Source of the DNA: Carpediemonas membranifera BICM
Taxonomy: Eukaryota; Protista; Fornicata
Length of the DNA: 64,000 nucleotides
Reading direction: 5' to 3'
Assembly (NCBI GenBank): GCA_019828565.1
Contig: JAHDYR010000011.1
Span: 606,656-670,655, forward strand
Shown: piece after piece, positions 22,552 to 35,557 of the stretch
Layout: every line of letters starts with the position of its first letter
How positions within the stretch are numbered: the stretch's first letter is position 1
Notes under the pieces: generated by a model
Seen by the model: the letters and a program-made list of their open reading frames with translations, nothing else
Told to the model about the DNA's origin: nothing
Databases searched by the model: none
Program-made: the position numbers and the translations under genes

Positions 22552-25500
22552 ATGGTAACCTACAAGATACTTAGTCTGAACACAGAGGGACACATAGGAA
22601 GAGGAAAGGACTTCACGGCGTCTATGGCAACGGCGATTCAGCTAAGGTTGAAGGACATAGAGGCAGTACTCATACAAGAGACATGGAGAACGGCGAATAC
22701 GAGGGTTCATTGCTTCATGGACCTTGACTACGCACTAGCAGGGAGGGAGACGGAAGAGGACCTGGTCTTAGCCAACGAAAAACGAAAGGCGGATGTCAAA
22801 AGTCAGCACCGCATCAACCGACAACTAGGCATAGCAGGCAATGACGAACCTGCGCCAAGATGGAAGGGAACAAGGGAAGGCATCGGCACGATAGTGAGCC
22901 CACACGCAACTGCAAAGTGGGACATCGGCATAACGGACAGCCTATCGGGAAGAGTGCAAGCCAGCATAATGAGAACCGGCAGGGACATACTAGTCATCAA
23001 CGTGTATGGCCCTCCATCCGGCCACAGCAAGCAGGAGAAGGATGGATTCAGGGACACTATACAGAAGATCATGGACATGAAAGGGAGCATGGAGGCCATA
23101 ATTATGGGAGACTGGAACATCGACCCAGGCCAGATGGAAAGATCCACCCGGTGGAAGGATATGATGGAGAAGCACAGGCTCAAAGCCATCATACCCAAGT
23201 CTGGGACGCTCACATCAGGAACATCAACCCCGGACTTTGCAGTGACAACACCAGGAATCCAGGGGGCGGAGATTGAGGTGGTAGAGTCTCAGAAGGTCGG
23301 GGTATGGGGCTCAGCACACAATGGAATCACACTAGCATGGAAGGAACAACGGTACTATGGCAGAAGTGAGCGAGACGTGGCTCTGGCCATACCCGAGGTG
23401 CACACCTGGCCCATGAAAAAGAAGGAGGGGCCAGTCACAGTCTCAAAGCTGAACAGGATCAAGAGCTCGGACCAATGGGAAGAGACTATAAGAGCATGCA
23501 TGGGCGACCCAGTGAACAACAGGGGAGCAAAGGCAAGGGACAAAGTGTTCGGGAACGGAGTGTGGAGCGAACTCCAGCGAACCCCATGGACAGAAATAGG
23601 CAACAGGACCAGGAAGGAAAGGATGAAAGAGGAGCTGGAGAAATACTGGGGAGAGCGCAGGGCCAAATGGGTGGCCGACCTCAGCAGAAGTGCAAAAGGG
23701 GGGTATAGGGCCTCAAGGGCCTCAGTGGAAGCTGCCATCAGAAGGTGGTGGTGTGATAACCAATACAAGGGAATGCCGGAGAGCCTCCTCAAGGACGGAG
23801 TGATAACCACGGACAAGGCGGCCATCAGCGAGATCCTCTTGCAACAGTATGCTAGAGTCAGCAGAGGCAGGGAACCCACCTGGAAGACATGGAGGGGCAG
23901 GGACGGAAATGAGTTCAAGGAAAGCGAGGTCAAAGCCGCAATCAAAAGGATCAAGAGGGACACCGCACCAGGGCCTGACCTCACATCTGGAGACATGCTG
24001 AGAGAGCTGGATGAGAAAGGCCTTAGGGAAGTGACGAGGCTCATTAATAGGGTCTACAGGGAGGGTGACGTACCCAAAGCATGGAAGTATGCCACAGTGT
24101 CGGCCATACACAAGACAGGGAAGCCAAGGGTCAAGCCGGAATCATATAGACCAATATCCTTGACACCACTGCTGTACAGGGTCTATGGTAGATTGCTCAA
24201 GATACGTCTGGAAGCAGCAACGAAAAGGTTCATACCAAGAGAACAGGCTGGTTTCCAGTCAGACAGGGACGTCATCCAGCAGATACAGTACATTGTGCAG
24301 CGGCACCAGGAGGGGGGTGAGACCACGTCAATCTTCCTGGACATCGAGAAGGCATATGACACGGTACCAAGGGACATTCTCATGGATAAGCTACAGGGTA
24401 TGGGGGTGGAGGAGCACTTGATCAGGGCAATTCAAGGCACAATAAAGGAAACCTGGATATCAGTCAAGGGGGCAAAGGCATGGGAAAGAACCAACAGGGG
24501 AGTTAAGCAAGGGTGCGTCCTGGCACCGACACTGTTTGTGCTGTTCATGGCTAACTGGCCCCACCTGGCCAGAAAGAAAAATCAAGGGAGAACGGTACGA
24601 CATCAGAGAACCGCCAAGGACCACGAGCCACCTCAGCGACCGACTACCGGCAGCACTTACCATGTTTGTGGATGACACTGCGGTCACAGGGAGCAAACCG
24701 GAGCATAGCCAGATGGTCGCCAACATAATGGTGGACATAATCAGAGAGCATGAAATGAGGGTGAACGCCCAGAAGAATGTAATGATTAGCGTGGACAGAA
24801 CAGCCCTAGTCAGGATCGAGGGGGTAACACTACTGCCAGAGAAGGAGGCGAGATACCTGGGATTATGGATCGCAAGTGGGAAGGACCCTATGTCGGCCTG
24901 CATAAGGCGGAAACAGGAGCAGAGCGAAAGGTACAAGAGACTGGTGAGATGGGCAGGGTGGACCAGGGCAAACATGCCAGCACTAGCGAGCAGGCTACTA
25001 CTGGAAATATATATATGGCCCAGGATCCTCTTCGGAGTCGAGGTGTGGGGGAACGCACCGGGAGGTAGAAGGATCTGGAATGACTGGCAGGGAATCATGG
25101 CAGGAACAGGACCGGGAGGGGGCGCAGCCATGAGGCTGATGAATGGATGGGTGGACCTCCAGGCACACATGGAATGGCTGGCAGTCAAAAGGATAGTCAA
25201 CTACGGGACCAGGATATACCAGTCAGAAACAGAGAATGGGGGCGGGGCACGGTTATGTGGGAAGCTAGGGAGAGAGTGCAGCATCTACTGGAGGGCACCA
25301 GAGAGGGAGCCCCTAAACCAGCGCTACTGGATTATGGCATGGAAACGATCAGGAGGGGGTGGATGAAGCGGTGCAAAAGCCGTACGGCACTAGGACTAAT
25401 GGAAATCATGGGGACAAGGAAATTAAGCAAGTGTCTGCAAGGTAAGCCTACGGTAGACCGAAAGGCTGGGAAGGGGCAAAGCAGGGCGGAATGGAAGAGA

Positions 25501-25834
25501 ATTGTATCCATTGCAGCCAATGTCAGCCCATCCCCATCGTCGGCAGAGAGAGGGGGAGGGCCCTATGAGAGCCATCACAGAGCTGGCCCAAGGCGCTGAC
25601 CTGAAGAGAGAAATTAGCAGACTATGCCCCCTATGCTCGGAGGAGTCGGAGGTGAGCCTGTTCTACAGGATCATTAGGGAAAAGCCAGGACCAGCAAGGA
25701 AGCAGGAAATGATCAGGGAGTGGGCAGAGGGCCAGAGGCTAGGATCGGCAGCGCACATAATCTGTGAATGCCCGGCAGTAGACAGGGGAGAAGCTTGGAC
25801 AAAGCTGTGGACAGCAGCGAAGCACAAAAACTAA
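22552..25834 (+). CDS. LINE ORF2: AP endonuclease, reverse transcriptase, C-terminal CCHC (frameshifts near 24580, 25360, 25555)
   Basis: ILSLNTEG, IQET, NVYGP, GDWN; APGPD, YRPISL, QAGF, FLDIEKAYD, GVKQG, FVDD, YLG; CPLC...HIICECP. Confidence 0.92.
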
Positions 25835-26996
25835 GGACTTGGAAGTAAGGCAGGGCCCCCAGGGCGAATGGTACCAGGAAAGACCCATCCTAGAATTACA
25901 GCAACTAATAATATGGGGCTCGGAGGACATTTGGGAAGGCCTCACGGCAGGACTACGGGAACTGGCAAAGGTTTACAACAGCTTCAAGGTGGAATAGAAG
26001 CATGTCATGAACCCCTGACTCCAGGACCGGGAAGGGATGGACAAGGAATCAGCCATGGACCACCCTCGCTGGTGCTAAGCTCCTGGGATCAGTGAGGAAA
26101 GGCCCCACGTATCCCGGTAGCCAGGAACCAAAGCAAGGGAAGGAACGACTGCAAGGAAATAACAGGAAGGACAGACCAGAAATAAGAAAGAAAGGACATG
26201 CAACAAGGACAGAGCAAGGATAAGGTCAAGGAAATCCATATTCATATGGTTGCACCACTCGTTGGGACCCCAAGGAAACTGCAGGGACTGGCCACGGGGG
26301 TCGGAGGGGCACAGGTGCCCCTGCCGCCCTTGTTAACGACATGGGAAACCAAGGACATGTAGTGCAAGCGAAATGTTGTAAGGGGTAACAGGACAACCAG
26401 GCCTAGTGCCTGGGGCTGCCGCTGACCCACGCCACCTAACCGGGGTAGACAGCATGGACTTAGTCACTTTCCCCGCCTTCGGGTAGGCTTCTTAACAGAG
26501 TCGAGGGGGCATGGAATTGGGGAACCGGACAGACGAGAGGGTGCCGTGGCTGAACGGCTCTACAAGGACTGCAGGGAAGCAAGGAGTGTCATAGTCAAGG
26601 TTCTGCAGGACGATCCTGCCTGTCAATGCCCCGAGGACAGACCCCCAGGCTCCCCGGATAGTTGCCGGACTTTCAGGGAGACAGGAAAGCATATTTGCAC
26701 GGAGATGGCCGCAGGGCCTCTGGGGCGATTGGAATCGGCTTTCCGCGGAGACAGTAGCACCGAAAGCCCAAGGCAAACGCTGCTGACCAGTTTGCCACGG
26801 GAAATAGGCAGTACCCCGGGGCACTCAGCTCCAAGACAACGGGAAACAAGCTCAGTCCGGGGTCAGAATCCAAGCACCATAAATTTCTTTCTTTCCTCTT
26901 CTACCCCCCCTCCCAGGAGGACCGCCCGGTCCGAGAGACCCTCCCACAGGAGGACTAGAAGGCAGCCGAGCAGGCCAAGGTCTGGACCCATAAGTA

Positions 26997-29174
26997 CCCA
27001 TAAGGGCCTGCGTGGCCTTCTTCGTCTTCGGTAGCCGCAGGCCTTCTACATCGCGGATCCTGTCTGGAGCAATCCGGAAACCCGAGCCGGACACAACCCA
27101 TCCTAGGAACTCCACTTCGGCTAGGCCGAAATGCGACTTCTCCTTGTTCAACGATAGCTTGAGCTCGTCACATCGGCGGAGCACCTTAGCGAGGTTGGCC
27201 AGATATTCCTGCTCCGAGCGTCCAAAGATGATAATGTCATCTATATATATAATGCAGGCGTCGCCTAAGAGGTCCTGGAACCCGCGCTCAATCGCGTACT
27301 GAAAGTGCGCGCCAGCGTTCTTCAGGCCGAACGGCATTCCGGTGTATTGGAACTTCCCACGGGGGGTCATAAACGCCGTGTATTGCCTAGAACGCTCGGT
27401 CAGCTCGACCTGGTGATACCCTTTCGAGAGGTCGAGAGTGGCGAAGACCTTGGCACCAGCAAGCCTGGTCAAGCACGTGTTAACCTCGGGGATCGGATAG
27501 TCGAATGGCGTGGTCAAATCATTGATTCTGCGGAAGTCTACGACCATCCTGGTCTTGTCCTTGCCCTTGGGGACGAGCAATGCTGGAGAAGAGTATGGCG
27601 AGAAGCTGGCCTCGATGTATTTCTTCGACAGTAGTTCGTTGACGTGCTCGTCGAACAGGCCCTGCTTCTGGTACGGTATGTAATTGGATCTCGTGGCGAC
27701 GACGCGGTCCTCCTTGAGTACGAGGTCGTATGGCTCTAATGCTGAGAACCCTTCTCGAGCATCAAAGCAATGAGCATAAGCTGCGAGGATGCGGTCATGA
27801 GTGAGAGTGTAGTCCGAAGACAGAGTATACGCCTGGAGCGGCTCAGGCTCTGGCACGAAAGGCTCCAAGGCGTCTTCATTGTCAGACTGAGACGGTTCAC
27901 ACAAGCTGGGGAGAATACCCCACTCGACCATGGTCTGATATGACAAGAGGAGATCATAAGCACAGTCAACCCCATACGCGGAGACTGTGGTGGATAGACC
28001 TTTCGGGGTGAAAGGTGACTTACACATCTTCAACGGCACCTCATAACACGTATCAGTCTCGATCGTTCCACCCGGAGTCTTGATCTTAATGGGTGCAGCG
28101 AGCTTCGTCGGAATGAGCTCGGCCGCTCTGGCGGAAGCCGGGTTGACAAGAGAAATGTCAGCACCACAGTCGAATAAGACACGGTGCCATGTGGTAGATT
28201 CGTCGCTACCCATAGGGACGACGGCACTCACGACGGGTAGGGGAGCGCTGGCCTTCAGCCGCCGACGTAGAAACAGAGACAGAGAAGCATGATCTGGGGT
28301 TTACCTGACAGAACTTGTCTAGGTGCCCCGACTTGCCGCACTTCGCGCACACGGCCTTCTCTCTGGTGCATTCGAAAGCGCGGTGGTTCGGCCTGCCGCA
28401 GTTAAAGCATACGATGTCTCGCTGGTGACCGTGGTGTTGCGTCTGCTGCTGACGCTGACCGTGACGTTGGCCTTGCTGGTGGAAGTGCGTCTGATACTGG
28501 CGGGGCTGGTGTTGCTGCCGCTTGTCTTGGCGCGGCTGATCCTGAGGCTCGCGCTGCTCACGCGGGGGGCGTTTGCGGACAGCGGACTGCTTAGAGCGTT
28601 CGCGCTCTTGAGCAGGGGCAGGCTTGGACGTTGAAGTGAGCTTGATTGCTTCCTCCAGACGCTTACATGTCAGGAGGGCGGTCGAAAAGGTCGCGTCAAG
28701 TGACAGACCCTTGGAGGCGTGAGAAACCTCCTCTCTGAGCGTTTCGTCTTGGATTCCGCGCAAAAACTGGCCGCGAAGGACTGAATCCTTGCCCGTGGGT
28801 GCAATGAGACGGCGGCGGGAAGCGAAGCGGTCGATATAGAGAGATAGGCGGCCAATATCGATACCAGTGGTCGATAGGTCGAAAAGGCGGCGCTCAAGGA
28901 TCGCATCGGAGGGCTTAACAATGTCCACAATCGCCTGGAATACGATGTCCTCGCGTTCGTGCTTCGTTCTTTTGGAGCCATCATCGTGATGTTTTGCGGC
29001 CTGATACTTTCTGGTAATATCAGTACCCATCGCCTTGCAGTATGAGGTCACCGCGGGTCCGAGTCGCTTAAGCAAGCGCCTCTTTCCGCCCGCGCGAACA
29101 TGCTTATCCAATTTCTCGGCAAATGAGAGGACTGCGTGAATCTCAGGCTGTGTACATAAAGGTCCCTTATCCAT
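26997..29174 (-). CDS. gag: E1 gag (two CCHC knuckles) continuing into PR-RT; truncated by the LINE
   Basis: ATG 29174 (MDKGPL); CFNCGRPNHRAFEC and CAKCGKSGHLDKFC; an extra G near 28240 is absent from the duplicate at 18121-18130, so gag-pol is one ORF. Confidence 0.9.
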
Positions 29175-29194
29175 TAGTTTGGAAGTAAGCTTAC

Positions 29195-29302
29195 TGTGAT
29201 CACTAAGGAAAAAGACTTTACAAAGCGAGCTCGACACAAGGGTGTCGAGCTGGACGGATCAAGACCGTATCAAATACGTATCTCATATATAAATGGCTGA
29301 CA
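29195..29302 (-). repeat. E1 5' LTR (108 bp)
   Basis: Matches the 3' LTRs; followed on the minus strand by the palindrome GTAAGCTTAC and the gag ATG. Confidence 0.95.
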
Positions 29303-29962
29303 ACGGCTGCTTACGTCTCTGCCGACATCCTTCGTCGGTTCGCGGAGGTGACGGCCATCGGGTGCGCTCTCCAGCGCTCCATGGAGGGTGTCCAAGACAC
29401 TCGCGCCGTAGCCGCGGCTCTGGTCCAGGGCGGGACGAGCGACCGGTTTGCCACAAACCACGTCGCCACAGCTGAGGGAGCCCTCCTGGCGCTGAAGCGC
29501 ACTCGAGAGCCGGGTGCCACGGTCTCTCGTGATGTGGTGGTGGACCTCCTCAAGCGCGTGGTGATGGCAGGCCGACACCCAGCCATGTTCTCGCTGCTTA
29601 TGGCGGCTGAGAACCGCGGTGCCTCGCGCCTGACCGCCACCCGCTCCCGCGACTTCGTTCGGGCCTATTGGACCTGTGTCCGGCTTGAGCATCTCCCGGC
29701 TATGGAGCTTGCCATGAACAAGGAGCTGTTCACGCTCCAGCTCACGGACACGTCCGCCGCGTACGGTGTGGTGGAGGTCAAAGAGCACATCGAGCTCTAC
29801 GAGAACGCCCGCCAGGAGGAGTCGTTCATCCTGCTCGTCCAGTTTTCGGGCTATCCGCTGCCGTCACTGACCTTCCTGACCCAGGATCTTTGCCGCACCA
29901 TGCCTGTCACTCGTTATCTCAACGAGCATAACTTATGGCGTCGTGTTCGTCGGCGCTGGGAG
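29303..29962 (+). pseudogene. Remainder of the antisense ORF of the outer (target) E1 copy
   Basis: Matches about 14356-15015; starts at the ACGG TSD and is cut by the E2 insertion. Confidence 0.9.
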
Positions 29963-32900
29963 TGCCATGGGTCTCACCCAAGATTACACAGATTTATATA
30001 TGATATTAGTTAGTCAAGGAGTTTCTCCTCGACACCATTGTGTCGAGTCTTCTCCTCTGTAAACATAGTTCGTCAAACGAACCACAATACTAGTATTCCA
30101 CGTTTTGATGACGCTCTATAACAATATGCCTATGCTAAAGAAGACGACCATTGAGTCATTAGTCCGATTCGCCGAGGATTTGTCCGAGTACCGAGCCAAA
30201 GGCGGTGATGCCGACGTTGCCGACATGATTGACACCGAAGTCCAACGGTACGCTGACGCTCTCGGCTTTAACCTCTTCGCCAAGGCCTCTGAAGCCATCC
30301 CCTCGGCTGAGGCCTCTGTCCCCGTGAACGATGAAGGTTCACTAGTAGCCGGAACGCCTAAAGACGACGAGCAACCCCTCCAGCAGTCCCTCATCCTAAC
30401 CGCAGCTGTCCGAAAGACGCACAAGCGTAAACGCAAGGCCAAGCGTCTCGCTAAAGACGACCGCGTCCTCAAGCGGCTCGGTAGAGCACTGCAACCGTCC
30501 CGTTTTTCTGCCCGTCTCGACTTGTTCCGTCTCTCCATCTCGTCCTTTACTCCGCAGGAGGTGGTTCGAGTGAACCGACGGTTCAGAACCCTCCTCTCCC
30601 TTGTTGATCCCGGGGTAGACTCTGAGATCCTCTGCGACACCTACGCGCGTTGCTTTAAGCTACCCGATAATTCGCGCGTTCAGTACAAGGTTAAGGATCT
30701 CACCGAAGGCTTCTCCCTCGAACAGGCTATGCCGCGGGTGATTGATATCGCTCGCGATATCGAGGAATCCCGTGCCATGCTGCGTTCCATCGGAATGACC
30801 GACAAGCAGTCGTCAACCAAGGCTAAGTCGGGCAAACCCCATCGCGGTCTTCACCACGAACCCACCCATCCCGCCCCCCAAGCCAATCGCCAAGCCTCAT
30901 CATCAGGATAAGCCAGCCGCAAGAGCCCCGAACCAACGAGGAGAGGGCAAGCGCGAGCTGGTGTGCTACAACTGCGGCGAGACGGGCCATCCATCCTTCA
31001 AGTGCCCGCGGGATCGTGCCACATGCCCGGTTTGCGAGAAGCAGGGTCACCTCGAGAAGTTCTGCCGTTTTAAGTCCCCAGTAAACGGGGCGAAGTGTTT
31101 ATTTTCCGCTGCGTCAGGTGGAGGGTCGTTGCCTGTAGTCAATGGAGTCATCGAGAAGGCCGAAGTGAAGGTCTTACTAGACTCTGGTGCTGACTGTGCC
31201 ACGATATCTCCCGATCTGTGCTCCTCGCCAGCCGTTACCAGGATCAACCACGATACTGTACGCATCCAAACGGCAGGTGGAATACGAGAAGCTGAAGGCA
31301 CCGTATCGGTGCAGATCACGTTGAGGCCATCTCCCTTCACGCCACGTGGCTGCGAGCTGAAGATCCGCGCTTTCGTTCTCAAAACTGCGTACGAAGTCAG
31401 TTTTGGTTACAGCCAGATGGTAGAGATCGGACTGCTGCCCTCAATGGCCCAGCCTAGCAACTCGGAGAGCGAAGCAACTGACGATCCTCCCGTCCCGAGC
31501 AAGTTTGAAGCTAAGGCTCTTACCCTCCCCGATGGTATCGCGAGCCAGCAGATCAAGCTGCTCAAGGAGTACGAAGACCTCTTCCGTGACCGTACTGAAC
31601 CGAGCAAGCTCGAGCCCTACGACCTATGCCTCAAGGGCGATCGAGTCGTCCACGTACGTCCCTACTATGTTCCGCCCCCAAAGGTCCCGGTTGTCAAGGA
31701 ACACATCGATACCCTTCTGGCCAAGAGGTATATACAGGCGTGTCAATCGGCCTATTCCAGCCCAACTATCATCGTACCCAAGAAGGGTGGCAAGACTCGC
31801 TTTGTCGTCGACTTTCGTGAAGTCAACACCATGACAGAGCCATTTGATTACCCCATCCCTCGAATTGACGAAGTTATCACACAACTTTCGGGTAAGCGAG
31901 TGTTCGCAACGCTCGATCTGTCTGCCGGCTACCACCAGATCGCCCTTACTGAGCGTTGCCGGAAGTATACCGCGTTCAGGACTACCTTCGGCCAGTTCCA
32001 ATATACACGGATGCCCTTTGGGCTTCGCAATGCCGGTGCTTTCTTTCAGAGAGCGATGGAAAACGCGTTCAGAGGGCTACTTGGGACCGCCTGCATCATT
32101 TACATCGACGACGTGATCGTCATGGGTGCCACGCCAGAGGAATACATCGAGAACCTGAGGAAGGTCCTCCAGCGCGCCCGTGAGTACAAGCTCCAGCTCG
32201 GAAGGGACAAGTGTCAGTTCGGTCGGGCCGAGGTGGAGTTCCTCGGCTGGATCATTTCCGAGGGGTCAGTCAGGATCTCACCAGAGAGAGTCAACGATAT
32301 CCAAGACATGAAGCTGTCGCCTACAGTCAAGGGGATGCAGGGTCTAGTCGGATTCTTTAACTACTTCCGCGACTTCGTACCGAACTACGCGACCCGCGCC
32401 AAACCACTCGTGTCTGCAACGACTAACCGTACGGCCGTGCCAGAGAAAGAGCTAGAGGCTGCCCTAGCGGATATCAAAGAAGCCTTGTGCTCGGCAGATT
32501 CTTTGGCGATGTTCGACGCGACCAAACCTCATGTCGTGATGACTGACGCATCCGACGTGGGGTACGGGGCTGTCCTCCTGCAGGAGGGTCGCCCCGTGTG
32601 TTATATGTCCAAAGCCTTCACAGACGTCCAATCCAGATGGAGTGTCGGCGAGAAGGAAGCCTTTGCGATTGTGTCAGCCCTTCAGAAGTGGAGGAAGTTC
32701 TTGTCCTGGGAGAGATTCGAGCTCCTGACCGACCATCGCAACCTCTTGTACATGTATAGGTCGAGTAACGCTAAGGTGCGTAGATGGGCCGATTCTATTG
32801 CAGACCTAGATTTCGAATTGAAGCACGTGGCCGGTTTAGACAACGGGGGAGCCGACGGTCTGTCGCGCGTATTCTCGCTAGCGTCAGTTGATGAGATCAG

Positions 32901-33854
32901 CAAAGCCCACCTGTTCGGTAACGCCCACCTCTCCGGACGGTTAACCATGGAACGTTTGCGGGAAGCCGGTGTCTCAGTTACTCGCCGTGACGTTTACGAC
33001 TACGTCGCCAAGTGCCCTGTCTGCCAGGTCTTGGAGAGACCGCCTGTTGAAAAAAACAGACGGTCTACACACGGCTGTGGATGCACCGTTCCAGCGGGTG
33101 GCAATCGATACTCTAGGTCCGCTCCCGGAGCGTGACGGCTACAAATACGTCCAAGTCATGATAGACATGTGTTCCAGGTGGACGGAGCTAGCCCCCGTCA
33201 AGTCTACCACCGCACGCGATGCCGTGGATGCCTTCGTCAACACATGGGTGCTGCGTTACGGTTGCCCACGAGTGTTGCAGTCTGACGGAGGTCCCGAGTT
33301 CAATAATGCTCTCATGAAGAAGCTGGCACAGGACATGGGATTCGAGACACACGTTACCACCGCGCATCACCCTCAGTCCAACGGAATGGTTGAGAGAGCT
33401 AACCAGATGGTCGAGAGAGTGCTCAAGGCAAGGAAGTTTGAGCTCAGAAACGGCAATTGGCGTCAGCATTTACCGGTTGCGCAGTTTATTGTCAATTCCA
33501 TGCCAAGACAACCAACACGCCTTTCCCCCCGCCGAGATACTGTTCGGGAGCAACATGGCGGTGCCGGAGAAGTTATACGTTACCGAGAACAGCACGGCAG
33601 CAGCTCGTACGTCGCATCTCCTCGCTGCCGAAGCCGCTACACAATTGGCCAAGGCACGTGTCCTGGCCATGCGCGAAGACGCGTTGGCGAAGGCCTCCAC
33701 CACCCGCACGGAGATCTTGTCACGGTTTGTGCTCGTGAAATATCCCTCGCGCCCTCCAAACAAGCTTTCCCCGGGCTGGAGAGGGCCTATGCGACGAGTG
33801 TCGTCTGTCAAGCAGAGCGGTGTTGTAGTAGCCTACATGGTGAAAGACTTCATG
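29963..33854 (+). mobile_element. Ty3/gypsy element E2, 3'-truncated (putative 5' LTR 29963-30086)
   Basis: TG start exactly where the E1 antisense ORF is interrupted; LTR motifs shared with E1 and E3; gag-pol present; ends inside the integrase C-terminus with no 3' LTR. Confidence 0.9.
30108..33854 (+). CDS. gag-pol: E2 gag-pol (frameshifts near 30870, 33055, 33528)
   Basis: CYNCGETGHPSFKC, LLDSGA, YIDD, TDAS, HHCC, DTLGP/SDGG/SNGMVER. Confidence 0.92.
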
Positions 33855-34354
33855 CAGTCAATTCTGGTACCTTTTCTGGAACAAATGGTTCCAGAATTGG
33901 TTCCAGTTTCTTTGATCGATTTTGATCGAATCTCGCGGATCAGTTCTAAAGTTGGTGTGCGTACTCTATAGACCTAGCTTCACCTCTGGACACATTAATA
34001 CTGCATGCAGATGTCTCAATAAATATTTATGATCGGTTTTCGTATCGTCAGTGCAGGATAAGGTCGCATGACTTGGCCAAAGTCGCTCTTCAGAACTCGA
34101 TCGTCTGACACATACAAACGCTAAAAGTGGTTGGCAAAGATGCATTAGACCTTGTATATGACGTGTATAGACAAAATTTCGGTGTTGCACTGTCACCTTC
34201 CAAAGGTGACCACGCAAAAAGTCTTGAAAGTGAACCTTCAATATCAAACTAGTGCTAAAGCAACGGTATTGTGCGTCATTTCCTCCAAAACGCCCCCCTT
34301 TACGTGATATTGTACGCTCAATATTTGATGAGTTCAAAATGGTGTGACAGTACG

Positions 34355-35557
34355 ATGGCTGATAATACACGTGACAGAGACCTTTTGCGGAAGATTGTTG
34401 CAGCGATTATGGCAGCTTGCTTCTATTTTACTCCAGAAAGCATCGAATGTATGGAACTTGCTGCATCTGAGGTCATTTGGGCTATTCTTCCCGAACATCT
34501 ACAAGAATTGTTCAAGAAGAAGAGATTCATGGCGATGTACATCAAGCCTGCCATTACATCAACATTCAGCTGCTCAACCAGCCAGATCATGTGCAACACA
34601 ATGGGAAAGATTCGAGGATTGTTCTTGAAGAGAGATTGCGACATTAGCATCGACCGGTTGCAGCTGGCCTTGCACGCTTTACATCCTGGCGAACATTTAA
34701 TTACCTGGGTGCCACCGGCTGTCGTTCGCCATCTCTCTTTCCAAAACTACTCGAAAAAGCAGGACAGGCGGTCAGTCTCCAGGATCAATATGCGCTCTGC
34801 ACCACAAGTGAGTAGTGTTGACACTGTCCGAGATGAGCAAGCTGCCAATCGGGCTGCACAAATGCATCTTCACATTGACCGCATATCTGAGCGGTTTACT
34901 TCGTGTGTCGCCGAGGCGAATGTTCTTGTGCGTAATGCGATGGACAAACGCAGTGTACTTGACCAGTTTACCTATAATCAGATCCACAACTCACTGAGAA
35001 TGTGCTGCCCGACATGTCTTGACCCATATAACATGATCTTCAAAATAGAAGACGAGCCAAATGTTTTGCAGTGCGACCAATGCCACCGCTACTACCATTA
35101 TACTTGTGAAGCAGGAGGTTTTGCCATACAAAGTGGCTACCTTTCAGACGGGAAGCGTTCAAACAACATGAGTCTGTGCGACAACTGTGCAGCTGTCAAT
35201 CAGAACGGGGAATGCTTTTATCGCACGCCAGATCACGATTGTACTGAGGATTTAACGGCTGACAGATCAGTGTCACATTGCTGTTACTACTGCAACAATT
35301 GGTTCTGCCGAGAGCACACAGCCCAGACGGCCTTTGATACCGGAATTGACATGCTACGTCGCCCATCTCAGCGTGTTGCTGTATGTGTCACATGCTTCAA
35401 TCGAATTCAGCTTGGTCAAAGACTGTTTAACGACAAGTTCGTGAGCACAGCTGCTTTGATATCTTGTCCCAATCCTGAAGCGTCCGAGCACACTGAGAAT
35501 GATGAAGAAGGCACTGGTATCGACACAGAGTCATCTGACAGTGATAAATATGATTAG
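34355..35557 (+). CDS. PHD-finger plus second zinc-finger protein
   Basis: CPTC..CDQCHRYYHYTC..CDNC (C4HC3 spacing); CYYCNNWFCREH..CVTC; acidic tail; start may be 34328. Confidence 0.7.
   Translation: MADNTRDRDLLRKIVAAIMAACFYFTPESIECMELAASEVIWAILPEHLQELFKKKRFMAMYIKPAITSTFSCSTSQIMCNTMGKIRGLFLKRDCDISIDRLQLALHALHPGEHLITWVPPAVVRHLSFQNYSKKQDRRSVSRINMRSAPQVSSVDTVRDEQAANRAAQMHLHIDRISERFTSCVAEANVLVRNAMDKRSVLDQFTYNQIHNSLRMCCPTCLDPYNMIFKIEDEPNVLQCDQCHRYYHYTCEAGGFAIQSGYLSDGKRSNNMSLCDNCAAVNQNGECFYRTPDHDCTEDLTADRSVSHCCYYCNNWFCREHTAQTAFDTGIDMLRRPSQRVAVCVTCFNRIQLGQRLFNDKFVSTAALISCPNPEASEHTENDEEGTGIDTESSDSDKYD

Larger units (their letters stand above)
18241..26996 (+). mobile_element. Non-LTR retrotransposon (APE-RT LINE), about 8.8 kb
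   Basis: Sharp junctions with E1 pol; strongly purine-rich plus strand; ORF1 and ORF2; 3' end has the short repeat ACCCATAAGT-ACCCATAAG. Confidence 0.9.
12755..29302 (-). mobile_element. Chromodomain-bearing Ty3/gypsy LTR retrotransposon E1, complete but interrupted by a LINE
   Basis: LTRs at 12755-12862 and 29195-29302; 4-bp TSD ACGG (12751-12754 / 29303-29306); PPT before the 3' LTR; gag-PR-RT-RH-IN-chromodomain on the minus strand. Confidence 0.95.

Noticed and set aside
28235-28245. Programmed gag-pol ribosomal frameshifting (also near 16460, 30870, 33055, 33528, 41625)
   Set aside because: The shifts lie at different positions in each family and mostly look like one extra base in a homopolymer. 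The duplicate at 18121-18130 is in frame. Assembly indels are more likely.
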